A program made the translations under genes and the position numbers. The notes beneath the pieces are model-generated. The model made no database searches and was not told the origin of the DNA. It was given only the letters and a program-made list of their open reading frames with translations. A stretch of DNA of 61,569 nucleotides, filler included, from Collodictyon triciliatum (taxonomy: Eukaryota), in assembly GCA_043381765.1 (NCBI GenBank). It is 5 parts of 5 records of this genome, joined end to end, with 100 filler letters (N's around TTAATTAATTAA, not from the genome) between each part and the next. Parts side by side here need not be neighbours in the genome. Positions count along the whole stretch, not along the records: positions 1 to 14,123 come from JBHJMP010001869.1; positions 14,224 to 28,352 come from JBHJMP010001870.1; 3 more parts are not named here. One strand, written 5' to 3'. Below are positions 12,603-23,700 of the stretch, piece after piece (positions within the stretch are counted from its first letter, which is position 1; every line of letters begins with the position of its first letter).

Positions 12603-13364
12603 ATGGGCGGCCCAACTGTTGATTGGAAGCTCAGGAAGTTAGGTTTGCTATGTTTATCGATATCCAAAAAGAAAAATATTTCCAGCTTTGAAGAGAACGT
12701 ACATGCGCGCTATCGAAACTTAGTAGCACAGTGAGCATGTGATTGGGGTTCATACATTAAACATGGCGATACAGCCCACCAAATCACTCGTGATGGTGCT
12801 GATAATTATAATGATTATGATAATAATGGTGATGGTGATAATGATGGTGATGGTGATAATGATGGTGATGGTGATAATGATGGTGATGGTGATGGTGATG
12901 GTGATGGTGATGGTGATGGTGATGGTGATGGTGATGGTGATAACAGTAAAAAAAAAAAAAAAAAAGACAATCATACAAAAAAAAAATTGCTGGCGTCAAG
13001 TTAGCTACACTTCGGTCTTACCGCGCACAGGCTCGCACAAGAGATATATCTGACCATGCAACCACCTAGAATCCAGTGAGACGGGACATCTATGTTGATA
13101 GCTTTTTTTTGTCTGTCACTCGAATACAACACCAGCCGAGCAAGCTTTTCGGCCGCACTGACGACCCCAAAAGAATATCTTTATTTTCCACATGTGCCGC
13201 AAACGCGTTGGCAATGCATTTACGTGGCACTCGTTTGACACCCTTTTATTTATTTTTTTTTTTTTCATAGCTTGCGCGGCTTCTTGATCAAATCTGCTAG
13301 AGCATTACTGAGGATGAGACCGGAAGCGGATGCTGTGCCAGAAGCTGGCAGGTACTTCACATGA
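12603..13364 (+). CDS. Small multi-exon gene or gene 3' part (~72 aa, unknown function), not in ORF track
   Basis: Exons 12603-12637, 12686-12730, 13031-13075, 13271-13364, all GT-AG and phase 2, giving MGGPTVDWKLRNFEENVHARYRNLVAQLAQEIYLTMQPPRIHLRGFLIKSARALLRMRPEADAVPEAGRYFT*. Confidence 0.4.
12790..12942. repeat. (GGTGAT)n / (GAT)n microsatellite
   Basis: Direct reading; source of the poly-His, poly-IT and poly-MV ORFs. Confidence 0.95.
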
Positions 13365-13694
13365 GAGGCCCTGCAGCCCAGAGAACTGAAACCTTTCCTG
13401 GCCTGTCTGTATTATGCAAAAGTCAGTCAGACATGTGATGGGCACAAACCGGAACCCGTCGAAATCGTCTCCAAATAGGTTTTATTCATAGAGACCAGCA
13501 CAGTACTTTGACAAAACGCAGGAGGCAAGGGGTTCTCTGAACAGGGGGAAAGAAGCAAAACTGAACCTGCGGATATAAGGAAGTGGATAGGCGCTCGGAA
13601 AGAAACTCGCTCCTTCTTCTTTTTTTTTTGATCGAGTTGTTATTTCTGCACCTAACCTTGTATAAAAAATCGCACAGAACCCAAACTTGGAGCC

Positions 13695-13943
13695 ATGGCC
13701 GACCAAGTTGCGCAAAGCCTTGAAGCTGTCTCCCTTTCCACCGACTCCAACCTCACCCCTGAGCAAAAGCACACTTTCATCACGAGGAACCTTGCAGAGG
13801 TCATTGGCGAGGAAAAGATGAAGGAAGTCCTTGCCCAGCGCGATCTGCGCATCTACTGGGGAACCGCGCCCACAGGGAAGCCCCACATTGCCTACTTTGT
13901 GCCCATGTCCAAGATTGCCGACTTTTTGAGAGCTGGTTCACAG
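13695..13943 (+). CDS. YARS1: Cytosolic tyrosyl-tRNA synthetase, exon 1 only (rest lost at contig end)
   Basis: [10 protein letters not shown]...[31 protein letters not shown] is the eukaryotic TyrRS N-terminus with its HIGH-like motif; donor GT at 13944. Confidence 0.95.
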
Positions 13944-13996
13944 GTTCTCTATGACGGAAAAAGAAGCAGCCTCCTTGACCTCGAAACCAACAGCAT

Positions 13997-14123
13997 CCTT
14001 TCCTTTCTTTTCCTTTCCTTTCTTTTCCTTTCTTTTCCTTTCTTTTCCTTTCTTTTCCTTTCTTTTCCTTTCTTTTCTTTTCTTTTCTTTTCTTTTCTTT
14101 TCTTTTCTTTTCTTTTCTTTTTT
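13997..14123. repeat. Intronic pyrimidine microsatellite at contig end
   Basis: (TTTCC/TTTTC)n read directly. Confidence 0.9.
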
Positions 14124-14223
14124 NNNNNNNNNNNNNNNNNNNNNNNNNNNNNNNNNNNNNNNNNNNNTTAATTAATTAANNNNNNNNNNNNNNNNNNNNN
14201 NNNNNNNNNNNNNNNNNNNNNNN
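14124..14223. other. Artificial contig spacer N44-TTAATTAATTAA-N44
   Basis: Exactly 100 bp; stops in all six frames; identical at four places. Confidence 0.97.
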
Positions 14224-14371
14224 AAAAAAGAGAATAAAAAAAAGAGAATAAAAAAAAGAGAATAAAAAAAAGAGAATAAAAAAAAGAGAATAAAAAAAAG
14301 AGAATAAAAAAAAGAGAATAAACAAAAAGAGAATAAACAAAAAGAGAATAAAAAAAAAGAGAATAAAAAAA
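14224..14371. repeat. 13-bp tandem repeat (AAAAAAAGAGAAT)n
   Basis: Direct reading. Confidence 0.9.
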
Positions 14372-14400
14372 GACTTTTGGGTTACGCTTGCCTTTATCAC

Positions 14401-14510
14401 CTTATATTCTGGGTGTCACTGATCTTTTGTATGCTCTCGACCAACGACCGCACGCGCTGATCCAATTTGATCAGCTGGTCCCGCATCTCCGTCCTAGTTG
14501 CAGAGTCCAT
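14401..14510 (-). CDS. Probable 5' exon of an unknown gene running off the contig
   Basis: MDSATRTEMRDQLIKLDQRVRSLVESIQKISDTQNIR, coiled-coil-like, followed by GTGATA donor. Confidence 0.35.
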
Positions 14511-15022
14511 TCCCCGCACTGCACGATCACCTAATCTTAACAAGCAATCAGACTTCGACATACACGCATACCGCCAACCACTGTGCCTTGTGACTAACCC
14601 ACGACTCTACAAGCACTCTCTTTCTCTCTTGTTTGTCGCATTTCTGGGCAGCTTCGCATCGAGAGACGCGCGGAGTGCTTCATATTAGGGAGTTCCTTGG
14701 TTCTTTATTTTTTGTTCTCCAGACTGATTCATCTTGTGATGTGGCATTGATCACACGCTGCAGTATTCCTGGCAGCGAGTCGAACAATGGCAAGCACAAG
14801 GGACAAGGCACGGAGAAGTTTAGAGGGTGCCAACAAGAGTAAGGGAAGTTCTTTACAAGACAAGAGAGTTCCAGACGAAACATTGAGCAGAGTATGCAGG
14901 ATACGAAGTTCTCAGCAATAGAGGCAACGGATATGTAAGAGAAGAGATGAAAAGAATCCGCTACTCCCCACAACCATATCAAACAAAGGACCCAATAGAA
15001 GGAGGAGGAAGCAGGCAGTAAC

Positions 15023-15691
15023 TCAGTGGACCTGATTAGCATTGACCACAGGAAGCAGCGCTTTCCGCACAGCAGCATGCATGGGAGAAGATTGCATCTT
15101 GCCCGAAGCCGCCAACTTGCGCGAGTCCGCCGTGGGCGTGTTTGTGTTCGATCCCGGGTTTTGTGAGTGTTGCGGAGTGTTTTCTTTGTCCTCGGGATAG
15201 GACGAAAGAGCCGGAGCCATGGACTTTGCAGGAGAGGACGACGCAGCGAGCAAAAGAGCCGCGGCCAACGCAGTCGTGTCGACGAGCTGCTCACGCGAGA
15301 CTGTGCGCTTTGCCAAGGGCGTGTTTGCAGGCGTCTTTCCAGGATACACAAAGTGTGTCTGTTGGGTGGGAATCGGAACGACGGGCGAGTGGCTGCCTTC
15401 AACTGGGGCGCTTTTGGACGCGCGTCGTTCCTTGAGAGCTGAGTCACACGTCTGGGCGTTGGGCGGGCAGACAGCATTGGCTGCGGCGGCTGCTTCGACG
15501 GAGTCGGCTTCTTCGCAGTCTTCGCCGAAGGAGGCCGTTCGCAGAGGCGTTCGCTTCTGAGTCGGTGAGCGCGGGTCGCGTAGATCGAACTCGGCGCTTT
15601 CGTGCTCGTTGGCTGCAGGGGAAATTGGCGAGGCCGGTGCTTCGATGGTTGGCGAAGGCTGTGTGGGTGGGCGGCTGTAAGTCTGTCCCAT
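15023..15691 (-). CDS. 222-aa disordered cell-cycle-type protein, CDCA3/Tome-1-like motifs
   Basis: Single-exon GC-rich ORF: MGxxxS start, DPRSPTQKRTP, DKEN (KEN box), RKALLPVVN (D-box), many SP/TP sites. Confidence 0.7.
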   Translation of the reverse strand: MGQTYSRPPTQPSPTIEAPASPISPAANEHESAEFDLRDPRSPTQKRTPLRTASFGEDCEEADSVEAAAAANAVCPPNAQTCDSALKERRASKSAPVEGSHSPVVPIPTQQTHFVYPGKTPANTPLAKRTVSREQLVDTTALAAALLLAASSSPAKSMAPALSSYPEDKENTPQHSQNPGSNTNTPTADSRKLAASGKMQSSPMHAAVRKALLPVVNANQVH

Positions 15692-16127
15692 GGTCGATGT
15701 GATTATCTGCAGGTAGGTGTGTCAGCCGAGTCGGGTTTTGTGGGTGGTCTATCAAAGTTCTTTGCATATCTATTATCTCGCTTGTGAACGTGAAGGCGCA
15801 TAGCAAGTGAGCTTTTGTGACTTGGGTTGATGATAGGGCATTAGTATTGTAGGTTTGGTAATGGGGGGCTAGTATGAATGTTTCAGAATGCGCTTCGAGT
15901 GAAGGTTTATATGACACGTTGTGTTTGCTCGTTGGTGGGTAATGAGGTTTGATTTTTTGAATTTTTGAGTTTGAATGAAATTCCTTTAATTGGAAAGAAT
16001 TTTTGGCGAGGGTGGAGAGCGAATCACTCCGGCTTCCAGCGGTCGAGGGATGAGGCGAATCCTGGCTTCTTGCCTTTGCTGAGGATATGCGGAACGCCGT
16101 TTGGCCGTGTCAGTGGCTGGAGCTTGA

Positions 16128-17885
16128 TTAGAAACATATGAGGATAGAGATATTGATAATAATGATCAGAAGCGTTTTGTAAGCAAGTGGCTGCCTTAAT
16201 ATAAGACCGCGGAAATCATCCAAGGAGATGCGTGAGTCCCCGTCCATGTCCGCCACAGCAATCATACTTTCCAAATCTTCCTAATCCACGTCATTCCATA
16301 AAAAAAAAAAAAATGAAAAAAAAATAAGCATTGGTGTTACTAATGGCGATATTTTTTTCCATTTGTTAAAATTATGAATTATGCAAATATCATCGCAAAG
16401 ATACATTAGATATGGCGCCGTAGCCGAACGACGTTGTGATGCTTTTCAAGACGTCTGTGGATACAAACCCCGTATCAAGGGGGTCGTAGACCTGATGTAC
16501 GAATCAAACGTATGATTGGGCGTACATACAAAAACAAATGCTTTTTCTTTTTGAAAAGGAATAGCTTGTCATTATAAAAACCTTGAAAGCCTCTCGAATG
16601 GGGTCAAAGTTTGTGAGTTCGTTTCCAATCAAAAATTCTTTCAGGGCTTTCACGGTAACTTTCCCATTAAATCCGCTCATCATCACGCTGTATTCCTTCT
16701 CAGTCCAGTCATGAAAAAAGGGACTCAACATTTTTTGGAGGGTCTCCCTGTGATGGGTGAAATGAGGCAGCGATTTAGTTTTCTAATTCAAAGTGCCCGA
16801 TACTTACACATTCTTTTTTTATTATTATTATTTATTTGCAAATATATTATTTAAACAGTTCTTGAGTGAATATACATGTCCAATTCGCCAGATTCAGATA
16901 TGTCAAGGAAATCAAATGCAGCCTGTATTTCCTCCTGGTCGATGGCAACTCCCCCATTTTCATTTTTTTGTAACCTGCACATCATAGTTACTTTTCATTA
17001 CTTATTTGGAAGAATTATGAACTACCATCATGCCGAGAGATTCCGAGGGCTTTTTATGTTCTTTCTTTATGAAGATATGGAATCATATGTGAGATATGAA
17101 ACTGGCAATAAAGACAAGCATTTTTCTTTTTTTAATATTTGAGTTTTATTATGTTTCTTCTCTCTCACGCAAGATAGAAAGAATATGTTCCTCACTTATA
17201 GTAAAATATGATAATTGATTACTTTGAAACTGAATCCCAATGTTTCATCGAGGAGGTTGGTGATGCATTTGGCTCTAATCCGGTGCGACGAAGAACACTG
17301 ACCTTCAGGTCCACTGGTTGATTTCCACGAGCTGGGCCTTGGCCACTGCATGTCTCAATTAGATTCAANNNNNNNNNNNNNNNNNNNNNNNNNNNNNNNN
17401 NNNNNNNNNNNNNNNNNNNNNNNNNNNNNNNNNNNNNNNNNNNNNNNNNNNNNNNNNNNNNNNNNNNNNNNNNNNNNNNNNNNNNNNNNNNNNNNNNNNN
17501 NNNNNNNNNNNNNNNNNNNNNNNNNNNNNNNNNNNNNNNNNNNNNNNNNNNNNNNNNNNNNNNNNNNNNNNNNNNNNNNNNNNNNNNNNNNNNNNNNNNN
17601 NNNNNNNNNNNNNNNNNNNNNNNNNNNNNNNNNNNNNNNNNNNNNNNNNNNNNNNNNNNNNNNNNNNNNNNNNNNNNNNNNNNNNNNNNNNNNNNNNNNN
17701 NNNNNNNNNNNNNNNNNNNNNNNNNNNNNNNNNNNNNNNNNNNNNNNNNNNNNNNNNNNNNNNNNNNNNNNNNNNNNNNNNNNNNNNNNNNNNNNNNNNN
17801 NNNNNNNNNNNNNNNNNNNNTAAGACCTCCGAGTGCCTTCCTTAACAGCTGGAAGAGTTTCGCGGTTTTGGCTTCCAGAGGCCAT
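16128..17885 (-). CDS. Calmodulin-like EF-hand protein, multi-exon; 5' part crosses an N gap, so both ends are approximate
   Basis: Spliced: ...EEIQAAFDFLDISESGEL...DPIREAFK|VYDPLDTGFVSTDVLK...|EDLESMIAVADMDGDSRISLDDFR. Confidence 0.8.
17369..17820. other. Intra-scaffold N gap
   Basis: N run without spacer motif. Confidence 0.95.
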
Positions 17886-18240
17886 GAATGGTACTCCAAG
17901 GCTAATCACCAGATATTGAAATTATCTAACGTAGTCTGCTCAGGCTCGACCCACAGCAGGAGAGGAATGTCCGATCAAAACATGTTTTTATAAGATAAAA
18001 AAAATGAAAAGCAGGGACGATTGTTAGCCGATGTGAGAAAAGCCCAAGAGTCAGTCGTCTCTTGAGATTCATACACTGGCAATTGACAAAAAAGATTCGG
18101 GGAACAAAACCCCCAGAAAAAAGTAAAATACTTTGTGGTATTGCCCACACCCCCAACTATGCTCTTGCCTTCAGCAGCCGACGAATCCTGATTCCACCTT
18201 AAAAAAGAGGTAAAGTGACAGACTTTATCGTGGGGAATAC

Positions 18241-19072
18241 ATGGAGGGAAATGGTTCTAGAAGAACTGAACGTCGAAAAGAAAAGAGGAAGCGAATTGTT
18301 CCAATGGATGAAGAAGAGCAGCTGAAAGTGTTGAGCCTCCAAAGCTTTGGGCCATCTGACAAGCTGCTTCAAGAGTGCACATATATGAATATGTCAAACA
18401 AAAACCTTGTCGAGATGCCACCTGGACTCTCAACTCTAAAAAATCTCAAAGCTCTTTATCTCCACCAAAACATGCTCCATGCCATTCCTTCGACGATATC
18501 CCTCCTTGTAGACCTGAGAACCCTATACCTTCATATGAATCTACTGAGCTCGCTGCCCCAGTCCATATCAGAACTTGTATTTTTGAGAGACCTTCTCTTG
18601 GACCATAACCAGCTTACAGCTTTGCCGAGTAGTATATTGCCATTGTCCAACCTAACAAGACTGGCGCTGCATAGCAACCCAGTGAGTTAACCCCTTTTTT
18701 ATGTTTACACACGATGTACTTGTTTATATTGTCTTATATATTTTATACTTCTTGTGAACTATACAAATGATGTAGTTTTTTTTTTAAAATATATGTGAGC
18801 TTTTTTGATTGTGTTTTACCTTTATATCACCCTGATTTCTGAATTATAATTTACAAAATATAACATAGATGACGATGCTACCCGAAGGAATATCGAATCT
18901 AAAAAATTTGAAGTATTTGTGCATAGAAAAAACAGGAATGATATCGATTAAGATGATTCCAAAGTCAATCTCTACACTTCCATGTTGGGGCTGTGAAGAA
19001 ATTCCTTACGAAGGAACAGTTATGACGATGAGTTTTGCACAAGCCCTCCGACGTCTTGATTTTTATGATTGA
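18241..19072 (+). CDS. Small leucine-rich-repeat protein (~214 aa, 2 exons)
   Basis: Exons 18241-18681 and 18869-19072; LxxLxLxxNxLxxLP repeats. Confidence 0.88.
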
Positions 19073-19508
19073 AGATAAAGCATAATCTGAGACAGAAATA
19101 AACCTTATGGTCTTTCGAAATCAAAATAAACATTTGAAGGCTTGGCTTTCACTGGATGTCAGCTGATTCCAAATGGATTTCATCCATGAAATATTTTATG
19201 AGCATGAACAAACTCAATCATAGTTTGTTATTTACATATGTATATATCCAGCTTCCAGGTAAAGAAATGAAGCAAGCCCCATCGTTATAGTTATTATTAT
19301 ATTTTTTCTTTCTTACTTTTCATGCTTAATTTTTTAAATGTTTCTAACTTATTCCTTTTGAGAGAATCATCGATTATAGAGGGATAGTGACATTCGAATA
19401 TCGCATATACACAACGAAGAATATTACTTTCTACGATTTATAAATGAGTTGATTATTGCTATGAGCTAATTTCGTACGAACACGATCTTTGAGTAATCTC
19501 CTCTCTCT

Positions 19509-19549
<41 letters not shown>

Positions 19550-19552
19550 CTT

Positions 19553-19584
<32 letters not shown>

Positions 19585-19854
19585 CCAATCGTCGGCTTTC
19601 TTTGAATCGTTATTCAACATATTAAAATATCAATCGCACAATTCTCATATATTCGCTTTTCCCTTACACAAGAGAATCTATGACTCAGTTTTTGTCTTGA
19701 ATGTTGAATGTTGAAAGTAAATTATATTTTAGATTCGATAAGCTAAATAGGCATGTATATGTTTGTTAGATAAAATTTAGGGCTTATCAAAAAAAAAAAA
19801 TTACAGCTCTTTCATCCGACATGAGTAATGGAATTTTGGTCCTGATTCTCAAGT

Positions 19855-20330
19855 CATCGTTTGCATGGACGCTACTTGGTGGCCGGGTGGCGGAGAAGTA
19901 GTTGGTAATCAGGAATTGCATCCTGCGGTTTGGCCTGTAGCCTGAGTCTTGTGCTTGCATGAGAGATACAAGGCGAGGTTGAATCTCTTTCTCAGTCTCT
20001 TTCCATATGTCTCTTCTCACGGGGTCTGTGTAGTAGAGAACGTGCAGGTGGCGAAGAAAGCTGTTGAGGAAAGAAATTTGTATTATGTCATCCAATCTGT
20101 TATCAGGAATGAGTGGCTGGTTGTGATTCTTGTTTTGCGTGAGTAAATGCGCGCTATCCACATAGTCCATAGCAAATGGCCTCGCGTCACTGCTCAGAAT
20201 GTTTTTACATCTGGGCGCAGCTGTTGCAGAGGCCCAAATATCGCATGGATTTGGGACAACAGCTGCAGCCGTCTTGAGTGTCAGTCGAAGAATCTCACCG
20301 GCTGTTTTGCGCAGGTTTTGAGCGAACTTT
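19855..20330 (-). mobile_element. L1/Tx1-like LINE (family A) ORF2 3' fragment, frameshifted
   Basis: Clearly aligns with 50240-50705; reads FAQNLRKTAGEILRL...W...MWIAR. Confidence 0.75.
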
Positions 20331-20798
20331 CAGATGGGTGATTTCTAACTGGTGCTGTTATTATTACTTTATTTTTGGAATTACTTTCAAGCCATACCAT
20401 TCATCAAAATCTTTCGTTAATATGCTCTGGATAGCAGAAAAATTATAAGGCTTGTGCACACATAATTAGAGGGTCATATCCACTTGAGGTCTCTAAAATC
20501 ATGGATATGTCTGATGGGAATTGATTTACAATCAAGACCCAATATGTTCCTCACATCACCCAATTATGAGATTCTAACATTAACTCAGGGACATCTTAAA
20601 GTTAAGAGAACCGAGCTCACAGCTAATTTGCTTGTTTATGTCCTTATTTTTCTTTTATTATTTGTAATCAGTCACATTCTCTCCAAAAATTTTCTTCTCA
20701 TGTCTTGGGTGATTGAAGTGAAATGATATACTGAAAAGGGGATTATTTCTTATGTAGAAAAAATAGATTTAAAGACAGCCTCATTTATCTCAAAATGG

Positions 20799-23700
20799 TC
20801 ACTTCTTTGTAGGTCTCATGGAAAGCATTCTGATGTCAATCAAACGAAGGAGAAGGTTCAATTCCTCTTGCACAATATGATATGGCTAAGGGTTATGTGG
20901 AAAAAATTGAGCTATAATTGTTTCTGTTAAGGAGTAAGTTTTTTTTTTAAAAAAATGCATGAATTGAAAGAAACCTCATTTCCGACGATAGTGACCATAT
21001 AATGGTACATTTGAAACATTATGTGCCTTATTAAGCCACCAATTCTGAGTGTGTCCTTTGTCAGGGATATTTGCTATAAACATAATCGATGAGTTTGTTT
21101 AAGGCGCGTCAAGAGCAAAATTAATTTTGTGTCAGGGTATCTAATCTCGCTTTTAGTGACTAATATTCTTGAAATGGCAGTCAAACAACTAAATGTATAT
21201 AATTGAATACATTATCTATGCTGTCTCTCAATGAAGTTATAATGGCTATCACGGAAGGATATGGTGACAAGTGAACTAGTTATGAATATAAACGATGATA
21301 TGTGTCGCCCATATCATAATGACGTTTACAAAACTGCTACGCATATTCTTTACAATAACTTACATGTAATTCTCTTCCTCTATTCGGTTCAAAGCACATG
21401 AAAGTAAATCCGTACAAGGGATGAACAAAAGAAGGGGCGAATGGTGTAGAGCAAGTGCGTGTAGAATAATTTATTACGTGTAGTGAACTCTTCCAGGAAA
21501 ACTTGCACCTTCATCCACATACCGTAAAGTAACGTGCTTCCGTAATTGGATTGGTGTACCTATTCGCAATAGTAGTTGAGAGAAATAGCGGGTGAATTTT
21601 AATCGATCTTATAGATCTAACCCAATTGAAAACGCACATATGTGGGAGCGAAAGTATCGGGAATAAGGGAGTGTTCATCTTAAATACTTACGTTTTCAAT
21701 TCTGGCAAACTTTCCCCACTGACTAACGATGGGATCTGGATGTGTAGAACATGAACTAAAAAGACTATACTTCTCGCAGATGTACATGACAGAGAAGAGG
21801 TCCAACTTTCCGTCTTTGGTTACAACTAGGTCTCTGAACATGTCCAACACCTTAAATTTTTTTTTTAAGAAAAAAATCGTTAAAGCTATGCTTTTTTTTT
21901 AATATACTTTAAAGAAATGACATGAAATATATGCGAATCGCTGTTCAAGAAATACTTGTCTCCTTGTGCCACGGTAGTTTAAGACTTTGCACAATGTGTG
22001 GAAATCGTTGAAGTTAACCTGCCGAGCTCTTGTAACAAGCCATATTTAGACCATTTACTGAAAAATTTTCAAATTGTCGTTGTATCAAGAAAGCCTTTTT
22101 TTTTAAGCAAACACATGTCTGTAAATTACCCAAGGCTGGTATTCAAGAATTCCAAAGCACGCTCTATGTTATGGATGACTGCCATTCGTTCAGTGTCGTA
22201 CACTGGTACGGACGGAAAAGAATTCAGAAAATATTCTCCAGTCCATATGAATAAGATACACAATTTTTATGTAGTTTACTATTGAGGATGATTTCCAAGA
22301 AATGAGCAACATCCACTGTTCTATCAAAAAACATGGCAGTCCCTTTGACCTACAGCGTTGTTTGTGAAAAGTTACAGGTTCAATTCTCTTGTATGGATTC
22401 TCGCATTTTTTGATGAAATTTCTTTCGTACCTCCTTTAAAATTGTATCTTTCTTTGCTTTGGGTGCATCAGGTAAAATCATGTCAACTACTTTGATGCAT
22501 GTGTCCAATGGTGTTGATATGACCTTCACAGAGAAATTCCGTATTATTAATAGATTTTTTTTTATTTTTCGGAAAAATTTACCTCAAGTTCATTTCCAAT
22601 AAGATTACATCCCATCGATATAAGAGCCCTTCTTACTTGTCTATGTCCACCGAAATTAACCAATTTTAAAAAAGATATTCAAAAAGAAATATTCTGGAAT
22701 AATCTAGAGTCTGCACAAAAATCTTACAAAAAGAAGGATAAATGGTCTTCTTGGAAAGCAAGCTCATCCACGAATTTACAAAATACGGAGACTTCAGGAA
22801 GCACTTTACTTAAGCTTTTGCACATTCTCAGAAACTGAAGGAGCAACTATTAAATTACATTAAATTTCTATATGAAATTCACATGCAGTTTCGAACATTT
22901 TCTCTTCGAATATCATTTTGATGAATTTTCCGTCCCTCATCTGTTTTTAATAGACCATTCATTACTTCATCAGATGTTGGTCTGTCTCCGCCTTTCTTCC
23001 CAAACCATTCGTAAACTGTGCATTATTTAATTAAAAAAATTCACCTTTTCATAAGAGGAAAAGGAGGAAGGAAAAAAGGCAACAAAAACAACGATAATGA
23101 TTATAGCAAAAATACTAATAAAGAGGAAGCTTCAAGAAATGAGGCCACATGGCTTTTAAAATGCACATTATCTACCCAAATTATTTTTATTACCAAATTC
23201 TGGGAACGCTTGCCTGAATTTACCGATACGGTCTTTTTGAAATTGAGAATTATTTCATAACTCATGAAATCGACAAAGAACATATTATTTCAATTATGAA
23301 TAACATATTTACCATCCATGGTGTCCTGTAGCTCTTTATCGTTGTATATGCATTGGATACAGTTCAGAGTCCAATGTCTTATTTTTGGAATAGGCGGGGC
23401 GCTAACTGATATATTCCATTTCTGTGAAAAAAACTAACATTATACATATGTAGAAACGAAGTTATTTTTTATATATAAAAGGGTTTATAGTTACAGCTAT
23501 GAGCCGGTAAATATAGCTTTTCTTTCGGATTTCTTCTTCTCCGATTTTTTTTCGGTGAGCAAGAGTCCATTGCCTTGGTTTTATAGTAATAAAATTATCA
23601 GTATAACCAACAATATTATAACGCTTTCGATTATTGATTGTTTCATGAAATTATTTTCTTATTTACATCATGTCTCCCGCATTTCTGTTATGCTTTGGAG

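Noticed and set aside
12739-13053. Poly-His, poly-MV and poly-IT ORFs
   Set aside because: Translations of a (GGTGAT)n microsatellite.
17219-17909. ORFs spanning N runs (also 32520-32995)
   Set aside because: Lengths are artefacts of translating gaps.
21365-21380. Further microexon before an internal GTAAGT
   Set aside because: No candidate length preserves frame and the flanking exons join directly. This shows cryptic donors do occur by chance in these introns.
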